Below, in pieces: positions 51,281 to 63,606 of a stretch of DNA of 64,000 nucleotides. Origin of the DNA: Mytilus edulis (taxonomy: Eukaryota); the NCBI RefSeq assembly GCF_963676685.1, contig NC_092352.1, positions 2,542,001 to 2,606,000 on the forward strand, written 5' to 3'. Both the position numbers and the translations under genes were made by a program. The notes beneath the pieces were generated by a model. The model made no database searches. It was not told the origin of the DNA and saw only the letters and a list, made by a program, of their open reading frames with translations. Within the stretch, counting starts at the first letter, position 1; each line of letters opens with the position of its first letter.

Positions 51281-53568
51281 CAGTCTATGGAAGAAGCGTA
51301 TCGATAAAAACTTTTCTTATATCACATAGCGATATTGTTTAATATCAATTGTAAATATGCAGACATTCCATGCGGGAAATGTTGTTTTCGGCAACGAAAA
51401 ATTAAGAAAATACTAATTTTAAAACTTATTGTTCAAATATAAACAACAATTGAGTTTAAATATACATGCAGAAGTTAGTTAGAAGCTTAAGTTTATGTCA
51501 GTGTAAAATTTGAAGTGCTGTGTTTTTCTTATATACATAAATAAATAATGCGATACTTTTAAAATATCATAGCGGTGTTTTTGTTATATCAATATTAGTA
51601 CCGACTAGTATTAATATTAGACTGTTGTACCCATATTTTGACAATTTTACCTATTATGTCTGTTTTGTTCACGCATCGTTGTAAATATGACAGAATTTGA
51701 TGAGACTATCATACACGTGAGAGGTGAAGTGCTATAAAACCAGGTTCAATCCACCATTTTCAAAATTTGAAAATGCCAGTACCAAGTCAGAAATATGACA
51801 GTTGTTATCCATTCGTTTGGTGTGTTTTATCATTTGATTATACCATTTGATAAGGGACTTTCTGATTTGAATTTTCCTCGGAGTTCAGTATTTTTTTAAA
51901 TTTTACTTCTTAGTAGTATTGTATGTAAATATTTATACGATCGGTTACTAGCCAAAAACGAAGGTCAAATCTATGTGGCAACAATACATCGGAATACCCT
52001 CACGGTCATCGCGATGTAAAAGAGCGTCCACGCGGCTAGCTGATTATGTTCATAGAGATATCGATTTACCAAAGGGGAAAAGTCTTTGATATTTAAAAAG
52101 AACTCTCTTCCTTCTCAATATCTTTTGCTATGTTAATAATAAATATATTTTTTGTTTGACAAGATTTTTGATTTTCGTTGTATCTGAAGTTGTCCAATTT
52201 ATAGTCTGAGGCTACTCAGTTGGTATCTTCAAAGAGCGGGACATCAGCATTTGTACATTTTAATTTATTTGGATTATTGATTTTACCATTTGAATATTCT
52301 TTGTAATTTGGAGCTGTATTGGATTGGATTGTTTGAATGAATATTTCTTTTAAGTAATGATATTTTTGTCTATTTCGATATTACCAAGGTGGGTAGACTA
52401 TAGCAGTGTGACCAGTAAATTAGAATCTAATAGGTCGGTAGACGTATTTGCAACCGCTTTTAAATTCCGCCATTGCATCATCACTTCAAATAGAATTATA
52501 AAAAAGAAGATGTGCTAGGATTGCCAATGAGACAACTGTCCACAAGAGACCAAAATAACGCAGACATTGACAATTATAGGTCGCCGTACGGCCTTCAACA
52601 ATGAGCAAAGCCCATACCGCATAGTCAGCTATAAAAGGCCCCGATAAGACAATGTAAAACAATTCAAACGAGAAAATAACGGCCTCATTATATAAATGAA
52701 AAATGAACGAAAAACAAATATGTAACACATAACCAAACGACAACCACTGAATTACAGGCTCCTGACTTGGGAAAGGCACATACATAAATAATGTGGCGGG
52801 GTTAAACATGTTAGTTAGTTGGTTAAACCATGTGATTGAAAACAATAGACTGAACAGGTTGTTAAAACTTTCAACTATCAATAGGGTCAAGCAACATTTC
52901 GGAATGATAAGTTCATGTAAGCGTTAATTGTGTTACAGTTACGAAATTTTAGTGATGTTGATCCTAAAACATTGAACTGGTCATGATCTAAGTTTGTGAA
53001 TTATGTTTGCAGTTTTTTTGACATGTATTGTGACGTGTCATCGTATTATTTCTATATTAGAAAACTATAGCAGTTATATTAGAAAAGTATCGCATTCAAA
53101 AATTTTTGATATTAAAAAATCCTCGCTATGATATAAGACAAATATCGCATTAAAATATAGCAGTATCGTTGACTTATAGGTGATTTTGGCGTAGCAAACA
53201 ATTGAATTCATCTCAATTGCATTCATCTGAATTTGCTACATGATATTTATAGAATGTGTACATCTACAATTGATAAATCGCGCATTTATGTTTCATTTAT
53301 TCAATAATTCAATTTTCTCATTTAAATACACCTTGCTTGTTATTACACTAAATAACTCATGAAAATTATACACCAGACGTATGTCATGTTAAATGTCACC
53401 ATTTTTTTTTTAAGAAAAGAGTCATTACTTTATACCGAGCAATATGCCTTTCTTCGTACAAATGCTAACATTCGTCTGAAATTTCCCACTATGCAACTCG
53501 TTGATATAAGACAATATCGCTCGTTGATATAAGAAAAGCTTTTATCGAATCGCTTCTTCCATAGACTG
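51281..53568. mobile_element. Non-autonomous TIR transposon, 2288 bp, 5-bp TSD ATTCC
   Basis: Termini CAGTCTATGGAAGAAGCG / CGCTTCTTCCATAGACTG, imperfect TIR about 65 bp. ATTCC at 51276-51280 and 53569-53573. Empty site with a single ATTCC at about 57130. Confidence 0.93.
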
Positions 53569-55880
53569 ATTCCTCTAATTTAAAAATAAAATTGAGATGG
53601 TATCACCAATCAAACGAGAGAACCAATGGCGGCCTTATATACCGACAAAAGAAATACTCGAATAACGAACATGACAGACATCAACAAACGACAACCTTAC
53701 GCTTTTCCATGCAAAGAAAGACAACTTACAACTAAAACTGTTTATGATCATATAATATATGAACAGTAGTTCACTATTTATAAAACAGGTGTTTTGATGG
53801 GATCAAAAATAAAGTGCAAGTCAGTGGCAGATCCAGGGGGGGCCGGGTTTTGGAACCCCCTTTTTTAGACGATAAATGCATTTGAATGGGAGCATGTAGT
53901 TGGAACCACCGTTTACTCTGGGTTGGGTATTATTTTCAGTAAAACAAAACACGTGCACATCAAACAACCTTTTTAACATTACGATAAAGACGAAGTAGAA
54001 ACATTTTTGTTTATTTTTGTCATTGAATTTCGCCTTAAAATCATATATATATATATTGGTCAGGAATAAAATATGTTATAAGGTCCGTACAAGAGAACTG
54101 ATTTCAAATAATGCATCCATTCATCAAGTATCCCATTAATAATGAATGAATATTGAACTAGCATTTGGAATGTAGGTATCAGACATTTTATAAGTTCTAA
54201 AGTACATACAATGTTTACGTAGAGTTATATCGCATTAAAGGAATGTTTTCTAACGTCTACCCTGTAATGACTGTGGGAGTTTGTTTACACCAGAGAAATA
54301 AAAATGCATGATACTTTTAATGTAAACATTATCTATACATCTATATGTCCATTATCCTGCTTTGTTGAATATAATACCTCTAGAAATGACCATTTATATT
54401 CTCTTTAAATCATAATTGAATGCAACATTAGGAAGTACAATTAGATATAAGTCACTAAGGTAAGATTTACACTTTATTAAGATTCCTCTAAAAAAAAAAA
54501 CATTTAATGTTAATGTTGAAATCATACAAATATTAATATTTTATATCATTCTGAGCACGGATAAAGTACATTGAGTCATACAGGAATCTTTAGGAGTATG
54601 CATCATTATAAACGAAGAAAATGTAAAACATTTTTTCTTGTATCAACTAATATTGGAATAAAAGCACAGAAAACACCAATCACTGAAGAGAAATACTATA
54701 CTATGTTATAGTTAAAATGGCAAAACATATATTATTGTCACAGGTAGTATAGATCACTAGAGACACTTTCCCCTCGTCTGGTTCGGTGTTTTATAGATTG
54801 TTTAGGTGAACAGAAACTGTTACATATTCCCTCACCTGTCCCGTTCTGTCACAGGATGTACACATCATTTTTTTTCCCATTTTCGCACTTTGACACATTT
54901 CCCATTTCCATTCTCTATGTTTTGTCATAGGAAAAATATTTCCCTCATTTGTATTATCCTGTCACAGATCTGAATACTTGTATATATGTCCCTCATCTGT
55001 CCCGCTTTGTATTATCAAGTCCCGATTTTTCAGAAGTCGTATAGTTTTACAAAGACTAATCATTCGGACAAAACATTAGTTACTCTAGGATTTACTAAAT
55101 AAATGCATCATAAAAACGCAGTTTGTTCATGCATTTCACAAAAAAATCATTCAATATAAAAAAAAAATAAGGAGTTATGGCATAATTGCCAATGAGACAA
55201 CTATCCATCAAATTTTAAATTGTGAGCTGTTATAGGCAAACATATGACCTTCATCAATGAGAAAGAGTTGTACAGTTTAGTCGGCTTTAAAGACTCCTAC
55301 ATTAAAAAGATGTGAAATTATTCAAACTGAGAAATCTAACAGCTTAATGTAAATCAAAAGTTTACGAAATATAAATTTGACAGATATGAACTAAGTTGAA
55401 ATGATAACATCCTGACTTGGAACAGGCAATAAAAGAATGAAGCAGGGTTACATGTGGTTGTTAGAGCCCAATCTTCATTTGACAAAAAATGTGAAACACA
55501 GTTGAACTTTATTTTGAAAGATCGCTACGAGACACAAATACTACAAACATCAAAACGTTATACAACAAAGCACTGAAATGAGTGTTCTAACAATAGACCA
55601 CTTTCGAGTGTATCCGTCACCGGAAAAAAAACTCTTCAATTAGGCGCGCCTTTGTGACGTCATTTACCAGAAAGAGGGGATCGCCTGTATCCCTGCACTA
55701 TCAACGTTCGTCAAGCGTCTTAGTGATCGTCATTGTTCAGGATAAACTAGAAATAATTTCGTAAGTACTTAAGCACAATTCCCTAATGACAGCAGTGCTG
55801 ATTGTCAAGTATGAGAATTTAGTCTGCCGATCAAATCGTGCAATATAGTATTATAATATTGACTCAAAATTGACTTGATT

Positions 55881-56358
55881 AAAATCTGACTTCATCACAT
55901 GTATCGGTGGTAAAAGACAAACGTATGGAAAATCTGACTTGATCACATGTATTGGTGGTAAAAGACAAACGTATGGAAAATCTGACTTCATCACATGTAT
56001 TGATGGTAAAAGACAAACGTATGGAAAATCTGACTTGATCACATGTATTGGTGGTAAAAGACAAACGTATGGAAATCTGACTTCATCACATGTATTGGTG
56101 GTAAAAGACAAACGTATGGAAAATCTGACTTCATCACATGTATTGGTGGTAAAAGACAAACGTATGGAAATCTGACTTCCTCACATTTATTGGTGGTAAA
56201 AGACAAACGTATGAAAATCTGACTTCATCACATGTATTGGTGGTAAAAGACAAACGTATGGAAATCTGACTTCCTCACATGTATTGGTGGTAAAAGACAA
56301 ACGTATGGAAAATCTGACTTCCTCACATGTATTGGTGGTAAAAGACAAACGTATGGAA
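55881..56358. repeat. Tandem repeat, about 10 x 47-48 bp
   Basis: Unit AAATCTGACTTCATCACATGTATTGGTGGTAAAAGACAAACGTATGGA; a single unit at 50509-50557. Confidence 0.96.
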
Positions 56359-56521
56359 AACATCTAGAAAAAGGAGAGATAGACATAAAGTGCCGATCTA
56401 CATTTTATGATTGGAAATAATACGTTAAATAAGAATAAAGATATTTTACATTTTGAGAACCAATGAACAAGTAATGTATCCAATGTTCCTCTGGGTATTT
56501 ATCAGATAAGAAAACTAAAGA

Positions 56522-56594
<73 letters not shown>

Positions 56595-57381
56595 GTGGTT
56601 AACGTCACTTTCAGCAATAATATGCTATTTTGTGGCGGTCATTTTGTTTGGAAAGAGGAAGGTGGAGCGCCCTGAAAAGAACCATTGAATTCAGTAGGAA
56701 ACTGACAATTCTAGTCGATCCCACCTACAAAGTGCGGGAATCGAACTCAAAACTTCAACGTTGATAGGCTAATAATACTGTGAATCGACCGAGGTCATTA
56801 AAAAGTTAGAAAAAAAGATTTGAACAAAGTCCTTAACATATGACATTTAACTTTCAACTTGTTACTGTATTGTATAATCGAGCTGTGATTCGCTTTATAT
56901 CACCTTATCTGTTTAATGATAAAGCTCAAAACCATCGTGCATCTAATTTGTTTGTACGATGCAGCCGAGAAATGCATAATCATATTCTTTAACATATACA
57001 GTCACTTCCCCTTTCGACAGACACATCTTTTCATTAAGATTTGATATTTTACCATGCAGTTTTCCCGTTTTGTTCGACACAACTGATTTTGTCTTATATA
57101 TATTTCAAAGTGGCCGATTCACTATCAAAATTCCTCTAATTTAAAAATAAAATTGAGATGGTATCACCAATCAAACGAGAGAACCAATGGCGGCCTGATA
57201 TACCGACAAAAGAAATACTCGAATAACGAACATGACGGACATCAACAAACGACAACCTTTCGCTTTTCCATGCAAAGAAAGACAACTTACAACTACAACT
57301 GTTTATGATCATATAATATATGAACAGTAGTTCACTATTTATAAAACAGGTGTTTTGATGTTTAAAAAAAAAAGTGCAAGT

Positions 57382-57512
57382 CAGTGGCAGAACCAGGGGA
57401 GGGGGTCCGGGTTTTGGAACCCCCTTTTTTTAGACGATCAATGCATTTGAATGGGAGCATGTAGTTGGGAACCCCATCCCCCCCCTTTTTAAAATGACTG
57501 GATCCGCCCCTG
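57382..57512. mobile_element. MITE, 131 bp, 5-bp TSD CAAGT
   Basis: Termini CAGTGGCAGAACCAG / CTGGATCCGCCCCTG; CAAGT at 57377-57381 and 57513-57517. The duplicate at 53822 has lost its right end. Confidence 0.8.
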
Positions 57513-60500
57513 CAAGTTTACGGGATTTATTTAGTATTTTCAGTTAAACAAAACACGTGCACATCAAACAACCTATTTTTGACATTACGATAAAGACGAA
57601 GTAGAAACATTTTTTGTTTATTTTTGTCATTAAGTTTCGCCTTAAAATCATATATTGTTCAGGAAAAAAAATATGTTATAAGGTCCGTACAAGAGAACTG
57701 ATTTCAAATAATGCAACAAATCACCAAGTATCCCACAAATAATGAATGAATATTGAACTAGCATTTGGAATGTAGGTATCAGACATTTTATAAGTTCTAA
57801 AGTACATACAATGTTTACGTAGAGTTATATCTAAGGAATGTTTTCTAACGTTTACGCTGTAATGACTGTTTCGTCGGAGTTTGTTTACACCAGAGAAATA
57901 AAAATGCATGATACTTTTAATGTAAACATTATCTATATATCTATATGTCCATTATTTTGCTTTGTTGAATATAATACCTCTAGAAATTACCCTTTATGTT
58001 CTCTCTAAAACATAATTGAATGCAACATTAGGAAGTACAATTAGATATAAGTCACTAAGGTAAGATTTACACTTTATTAAGATTCCTCTAAAAAAAAATA
58101 CATTTAATGTTAATGTTGAAATCATACAAATATTAATATTTTATATCATTCTGAGCACGGATACAGAATATTGAGTCATACAGGAATCTTTAGGATTATT
58201 CATTATTATAAACGAAGAAAATGTAAAACATTTTTTTCTAATATCAACTAATATTGGAATAAAAGCACAGAAAACACCAATCACTGAAGAGAAATACTAT
58301 ACTATGTTACTATATTATTGTCACAGGTAGTATAGATCACTAGAGACATTTTCCCCTCGTCTGGTTCGGTGTTTTATAGATTGTTTAGGTGAACAGAAAC
58401 TGTTACATATTCCCTCACCTGTCCCGTTCTGTCACAGGATGTACACATCATTTTTTTTCCCATTTTCCCACTTTGACACATTTCCCATTTCCATTCTCTA
58501 TGTGTTTTCATAGGAAAAATATTTCCCTCATTTGTATTATCCTGTCACAGATCTGAATACTTGTATATATGTCCCTCATCTGTTCCGCTTTGTATTATCA
58601 AGTCCCGATTTTTCAGAAGTCGTATAGTTTTACAAAGACTAATCATTCGGACAAAACATTAGTTACTCTAGGATTTACTAAATAAATGCATCATAAAAAC
58701 GCAATTTGTTCATGCATTTCATAAAAAAAAATCATTCAATATAAAAAAAAAAATAAGGAGTTATGGCATAATTGCCAATGAGACAACTATCCATCAAATT
58801 TTAAATTGTAAGCTGTTATAGGCAAACGTATGACCTTCATCAATGAGAAAGAGTTGTACAGTTTAGTCGGCTTTAAAGACTCCTACATTAAAAAGATGTG
58901 AAATTATTCAAACTGAGAAATCTAACAGCTTAAAGTAAAACAAAAGTTTACGAAATATAAATTTGACAGATATGAACTAAGTTGAAACGATAACATCCTG
59001 ACTTGGAACAGGCAATAAAAGAATGAAGCAGGGTTACATGTGGTTGTTAGAGCCCAATCTTCATTTGACAAAAAATGTGAAACACAGTTGAACTTTATTT
59101 TGAAAGATCGCTACGAGACACAAACACTACAAACATCAAAACGTTATACAACAAAGCACTGAAATGGGTGTTCTCACAATAGACCACTTTCGAGTGTATC
59201 CGTCACCGGAAAAAAAACTCTTCAATTAGGCGCGCCTTTGTGACGTCATTTACCAGAAAGAGGGGATCGCCTGTATCCCTGTACTATCAACGTTCGTCAA
59301 GCGTCTTAGTGGTCGTCATTGTTCAGGATAAACTAGAAATAATTTTTATTTCGTAAGTACTTAAGCACAATTCCCTAATGACAGCAGTGCTGATTGTCAA
59401 GTATGAGAATTTAGTCTGCCGAACAAATCGTGCAATATAGTATTATAATTTTTCAACCACTCGCTCAACAATGGAATGGAAGTGAGACGGCCCCTAAACG
59501 CACGAATGATGTTCCACGGTGGGTATGGTTGTCCTGCGAGAGAACGTTCTGTGCTGGTGATTCGGTCCTGACGGGTGCTGGTGATCAATGAAAACATGTA
59601 AACAAAGACAAAAATGATGATTTTTGACGTTTTCACTCATAAAAAATGGAAGAAAACAGTTGAGATTTTTCAATTTTGTTTCTTATGGGTTCATATGTAA
59701 ACCATTAAAAAGTTGACCCTCTAAACTGTTTCAGTAAGCGTAACACAAAAGTGCTCATTTTCAGAAAATCTAGAACTGAAAAAATAAAACAAAAATGTTC
59801 ATAGAGTCCGCTTTCCATACCGCAATCCACACGGCAAAACTATTTTGTGAAAAAACATTGCAATTTATTAAAATTTAGCATTTTCTCAATTTATTCCTGT
59901 CCTGATACTGTGCTGGTGGGTCCTGTCATTGTGCTGGTGGGTCCTGATACGGTGCGTGCTGGTGATTTTGGATAAGAAGTTGGTCATATTTGTAACAAAT
60001 GTTACAAAATCAATAAAATTGGGCAGATAATTGTTGTCAATAGGATCTATGACTCCTATTTTAGCTCTTGTGCATCCATTTGGCTGTTTAATATGTGTTT
60101 TCAAATGATCGTAACTTGTATTACATGATAACATAAAAGGGCAACATCTTTCATCCAATATCAGATAACAATATATAGTATCTAAAATAAGAATAGTTTT
60201 ATTAAGATATTAAATGACCCTTACATTGATGCTTCAACAATGATCAAAGCCCATGCCGCATAGACATGTTTGTTAGCGCTCCGCATACCCCTCCCGACTT
60301 CCACCCAACCAACCCTCCTCATTTCCTCCTTCATTGTTACAGTGGTGTACCAACACAACAATTTATCACATAAAATAATAACATAAAGACACACATTATT
60401 GAACAACGAATGCTCGCAGGTACTGAAATATATTTATGTACGTGGCGAAAGAATTTTATCGTATGATAATTCTATTAATATAACAATAGAATTGTAACAG

Positions 60501-60631
60501 GTTTTATGAACCCGAGTGTATTTAAATACGGTGGACTCGAATTGAAATTATCGATAAGGGCGTTGACCATTCGCATGTACACACGTAGTTTTTGTTAGTT
60601 AAACCTGTATTGCCGTAGACTTACGTTGACA

Positions 60632-61381
60632 ATGTCCGATATGGAGGAGGAAATCTTGGATTTACCGAGTGAACAAGGTACGTCTACTAGAAATCCGCAT
60701 GAAATGTCTAATGCAGACTTATTTTCACTTCTCAAGACGTATATGGATACTAGACTGTCGGGTATTGAAACATCTTTCACAGATACTACGCATACTTTGG
60801 AGAAAAAGGTTAAAAAGGCTGAAAATTCGTTCAAATTCAAGGGTCATCAGGTCCAGTACGAGCTGAACGTAGATTTACAGGATTTGGTACAGAGGGCGTT
60901 GGATTATCTAGGGAGAAACAAGTCGGATAAAGCGGTAACTATTCTGAATGAGGCTCTTAACACGCTAAAGAAAAGAAACAAGCTCATAAGAATTGCTGAC
61001 AAGTCGGAGGGAGGGTGGAAGACCGTACAAGAATATTTGTCCGATGATTTAGCCAGCGACTCCGAGGATGAAAAGAAGATAAGGGCAGCTGATACCCGGG
61101 CGGTGAAAAAGTTAAAGTCCGTTAAATCTGCAGACAAGAAGCAGAACGTTCGAAAAAGACCAGCCGAAGCATCCGGTTCTACATCGCAGACAGCGCATAA
61201 CGCAATTCCAGTTTCTGTCAGCATGCCGCCCTTTCGCGGGAGCAGACCTGGTTACGGAAACCAGGTCAAAAGGTCCAGGGAAGGAGATATGTGTTTCAGG
61301 TGTGGATTATTTGGACATTGGGCATCCGATTGCAAAAAAGACACCAAGACTGGATTTGGAGCTCCCAGAGGAAATTCATAA
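60632..61381 (+). CDS. Gag-like ORF1 with CCHC zinc knuckle
   Basis: KRNKLIRIADKSEGGWKTVQEYLSDDLASDSEDEKKI block and CFRCGLFGHWASDC. First ATG is at 60632. Confidence 0.88.
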   Translation: MSDMEEEILDLPSEQGTSTRNPHEMSNADLFSLLKTYMDTRLSGIETSFTDTTHTLEKKVKKAENSFKFKGHQVQYELNVDLQDLVQRALDYLGRNKSDKAVTILNEALNTLKKRNKLIRIADKSEGGWKTVQEYLSDDLASDSEDEKKIRAADTRAVKKLKSVKSADKKQNVRKRPAEASGSTSQTAHNAIPVSVSMPPFRGSRPGYGNQVKRSREGDMCFRCGLFGHWASDCKKDTKTGFGAPRGNS

Positions 61382-63356
61382 GGATTTCAGCGCTCATACG
61401 GACACTTTACAGGTACAAGATGTTTATGAAACTTATTTTGAATATGAAAAGGGTCGTTCAGATATTTTTGTTAAAGACAGGCTTAAAAATTCTGTAAACT
61501 TTTGGAAAAGTATTAACGCTTCTAGTTTTATTGTTGATATTATTGAAAATGGTTACAAAATACCTTTGTTAAAAGAGCCCGAAAATATGTTTTCTAAAAA
61601 TAATAAATCTGCGTTAGAGCATTCAGATTTTGTTTCAAGTGCAATTAAAGAGCTTGTGTCGGGCGGTTTAGTAAAACGTGTATCAATTATGCCACACGTT
61701 GTGAACCCTTTAACTGTTTCAGTTAACGGTAAAGGTAAACACAGATTGATTTTAGATTTAAGACATGTAAATAAACAAGTGATTGTAAACAAAGTCAAAT
61801 TCGAAGATTGGAAAACTTTAGCACAATATGTTACTTTGAATTGTTATGGATATGTCTTTGATTTGAAGTCGGGATATCACCACTTAAACATTTTTGAACA
61901 ACATCAAAAGTATTTAGGGTTTTCGTGGGAAGGAGAATTTTATGTTTTTACTGTGTTGCCATTTGGTTTAAGTTCAAGCGGGTATATATTTACTAAAACT
62001 GTGAGACAATTGGTAAAGCACTGGCGTAAATCTAGCATAAAGGTAGCTGTTTATTTAGACGACGGTTTTGGGGTCGAAGTTAGTTATGAACTATGTGAAA
62101 AGCACGCTCGAAGAATCAAAGCAGACTTGATTGCTTCTGGTTTTGTGCCAAACAAAGACAAGTGTGTATGGTTACCTGCACAGCACGTTGAGTGGTTAGG
62201 TTTTTCATGGAATTTAATTTCTTGCAAATTGCAAATTCCTCAAAGAAAAATAGATGATATATTGAATTTGGTAGCTTTTATACTAAATTCTAGTTACAGG
62301 GTAAAGGTACGACAGTTGGCCAAAATATGTGGTAAGTTAATTGCTTTAACACCAGCAGTAGGTAATGTTACCCAGATAATGACGAGAAACATTTTTTCAG
62401 TCATTAATATAAGAGACTATTGGGATCAATATGTAAACATCGGCAAGTATCCAGGTTGTATCAATGAGCTTATTTTCTGGAGAGATAATTTGCCTTTATT
62501 AAAGGCGGTTGATCTGGTAAAGAACATTTCAAATTTTCATGTTTTCACAGATGCTAGCGATACGGGTGCTGCTGGTTTCATACAAAATTCAACAAACATT
62601 TTGCACAAAATGTGGTTAGAAACTGAGCGAGGTAGGAGTTCTACTTGGCGAGAAGTAAAAGCAATTCAGTTATGTGTCAGTGCCTTTTCAAAACTCTTAC
62701 AAAATAGTATCGTGACTTTTCACACAGATAACAAGAATGCTGTTAGCATCATAAATAAAGGTAGCAAAGTACAAGAATTACAACAGTTGTCCTTAGAAAT
62801 TTATAGGTGTTGTTTACTTGAAAACATTACATTACACATTATATGGTTACCCAGAAAAGAGAACGAGCAGGCTGATTTTTTAAGTCGGATTATAGATATT
62901 GATGACTGGGGTATTTCTCCAGAGTACTTTCAGTTTTTAGACGACCTCTGGGGTCCTCATACCTTTGATAGGTTTGCTAATATGGACAATAACAAAGTAG
63001 ATAAATTTAGTTCGTTGTACTGGAACCCTGGTTCCTCGGCAGTAGACGCTTTCTCGTGCCACTGGGCACAAGAAAACAATCTATTAGTACCACCTGTGTC
63101 TTTAGTTTGTAAGTGCATAAACCACTTGGTTAAATGCAAAGCAGAAGGAACACTGATAGTTCCGAGTTGGCCGTCGTCTCCTTACTGGCCATTAATTTTT
63201 GATGAAAACACAGAACACAGATCTTACGTGTTAGATGTGCTCGAATTTAACGAGGTAGACAGAATTTTAGTTTCTGGAAACAATTTAAATTCTATTTTCG
63301 CGAACGGAAAATTCAAAGGTAGAATTTTAGCTGTTCGATTGAAAGCTTCTGATTGA
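61302..63356 (+). CDS. Reverse transcriptase - RNase H - DAM-like methyltransferase ORF
   Basis: RT: RLILDLR, FDLKSGYHH, VLPFGL, YLDDG. RNase H: FTDAS, SSTWRE, TDN, ENEQADFLSR. MT-like: DRFA...AVDAF...W...VPP...VPSWPSSPYWP. The true start is uncertain. Confidence 0.92.
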   Translation: MDYLDIGHPIAKKTPRLDLELPEEIHKDFSAHTDTLQVQDVYETYFEYEKGRSDIFVKDRLKNSVNFWKSINASSFIVDIIENGYKIPLLKEPENMFSKNNKSALEHSDFVSSAIKELVSGGLVKRVSIMPHVVNPLTVSVNGKGKHRLILDLRHVNKQVIVNKVKFEDWKTLAQYVTLNCYGYVFDLKSGYHHLNIFEQHQKYLGFSWEGEFYVFTVLPFGLSSSGYIFTKTVRQLVKHWRKSSIKVAVYLDDGFGVEVSYELCEKHARRIKADLIASGFVPNKDKCVWLPAQHVEWLGFSWNLISCKLQIPQRKIDDILNLVAFILNSSYRVKVRQLAKICGKLIALTPAVGNVTQIMTRNIFSVINIRDYWDQYVNIGKYPGCINELIFWRDNLPLLKAVDLVKNISNFHVFTDASDTGAAGFIQNSTNILHKMWLETERGRSSTWREVKAIQLCVSAFSKLLQNSIVTFHTDNKNAVSIINKGSKVQELQQLSLEIYRCCLLENITLHIIWLPRKENEQADFLSRIIDIDDWGISPEYFQFLDDLWGPHTFDRFANMDNNKVDKFSSLYWNPGSSAVDAFSCHWAQENNLLVPPVSLVCKCINHLVKCKAEGTLIVPSWPSSPYWPLIFDENTEHRSYVLDVLEFNEVDRILVSGNNLNSIFANGKFKGRILAVRLKASD

Positions 63357-63606
63357 TATTTGTGAAAATTTTTATTATTTTTTGCAGATTTTACTGACTG
63401 GAGGTTCTCTATTCAGAGATGTTGGCTTACAGAAGCTGATTAATGTGTATGTTGTGTCACTTGACGATATTTTTGGGGCCACATGGTCTGTAGATACCAC
63501 TGGGTATAGTTATGGTCACTGGACCTGTTTTTTTCTGTTTGTTGTAAGCTGAGCAGTTACGCATATTTCAAGGTAAATATTTATTTAATTTATAATTATT
63601 TTACAG

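Larger units (their letters stand above)
50508..59447. repeat. Recent tandem segmental duplication of about 3.1 kb (50508-55857 vs 56309-59447)
   Basis: Near-identical colinear sequence. Copy 1 carries an extra 2288-bp TIR insertion; the junction holds an expanded 48-bp array. Confidence 0.93.

Noticed and set aside
55881-56358. CRISPR-like array (also considered for 3564-3933, 10735-11025 and 17040-18140)
   Set aside because: No unique spacers, no cas genes, eukaryotic context.
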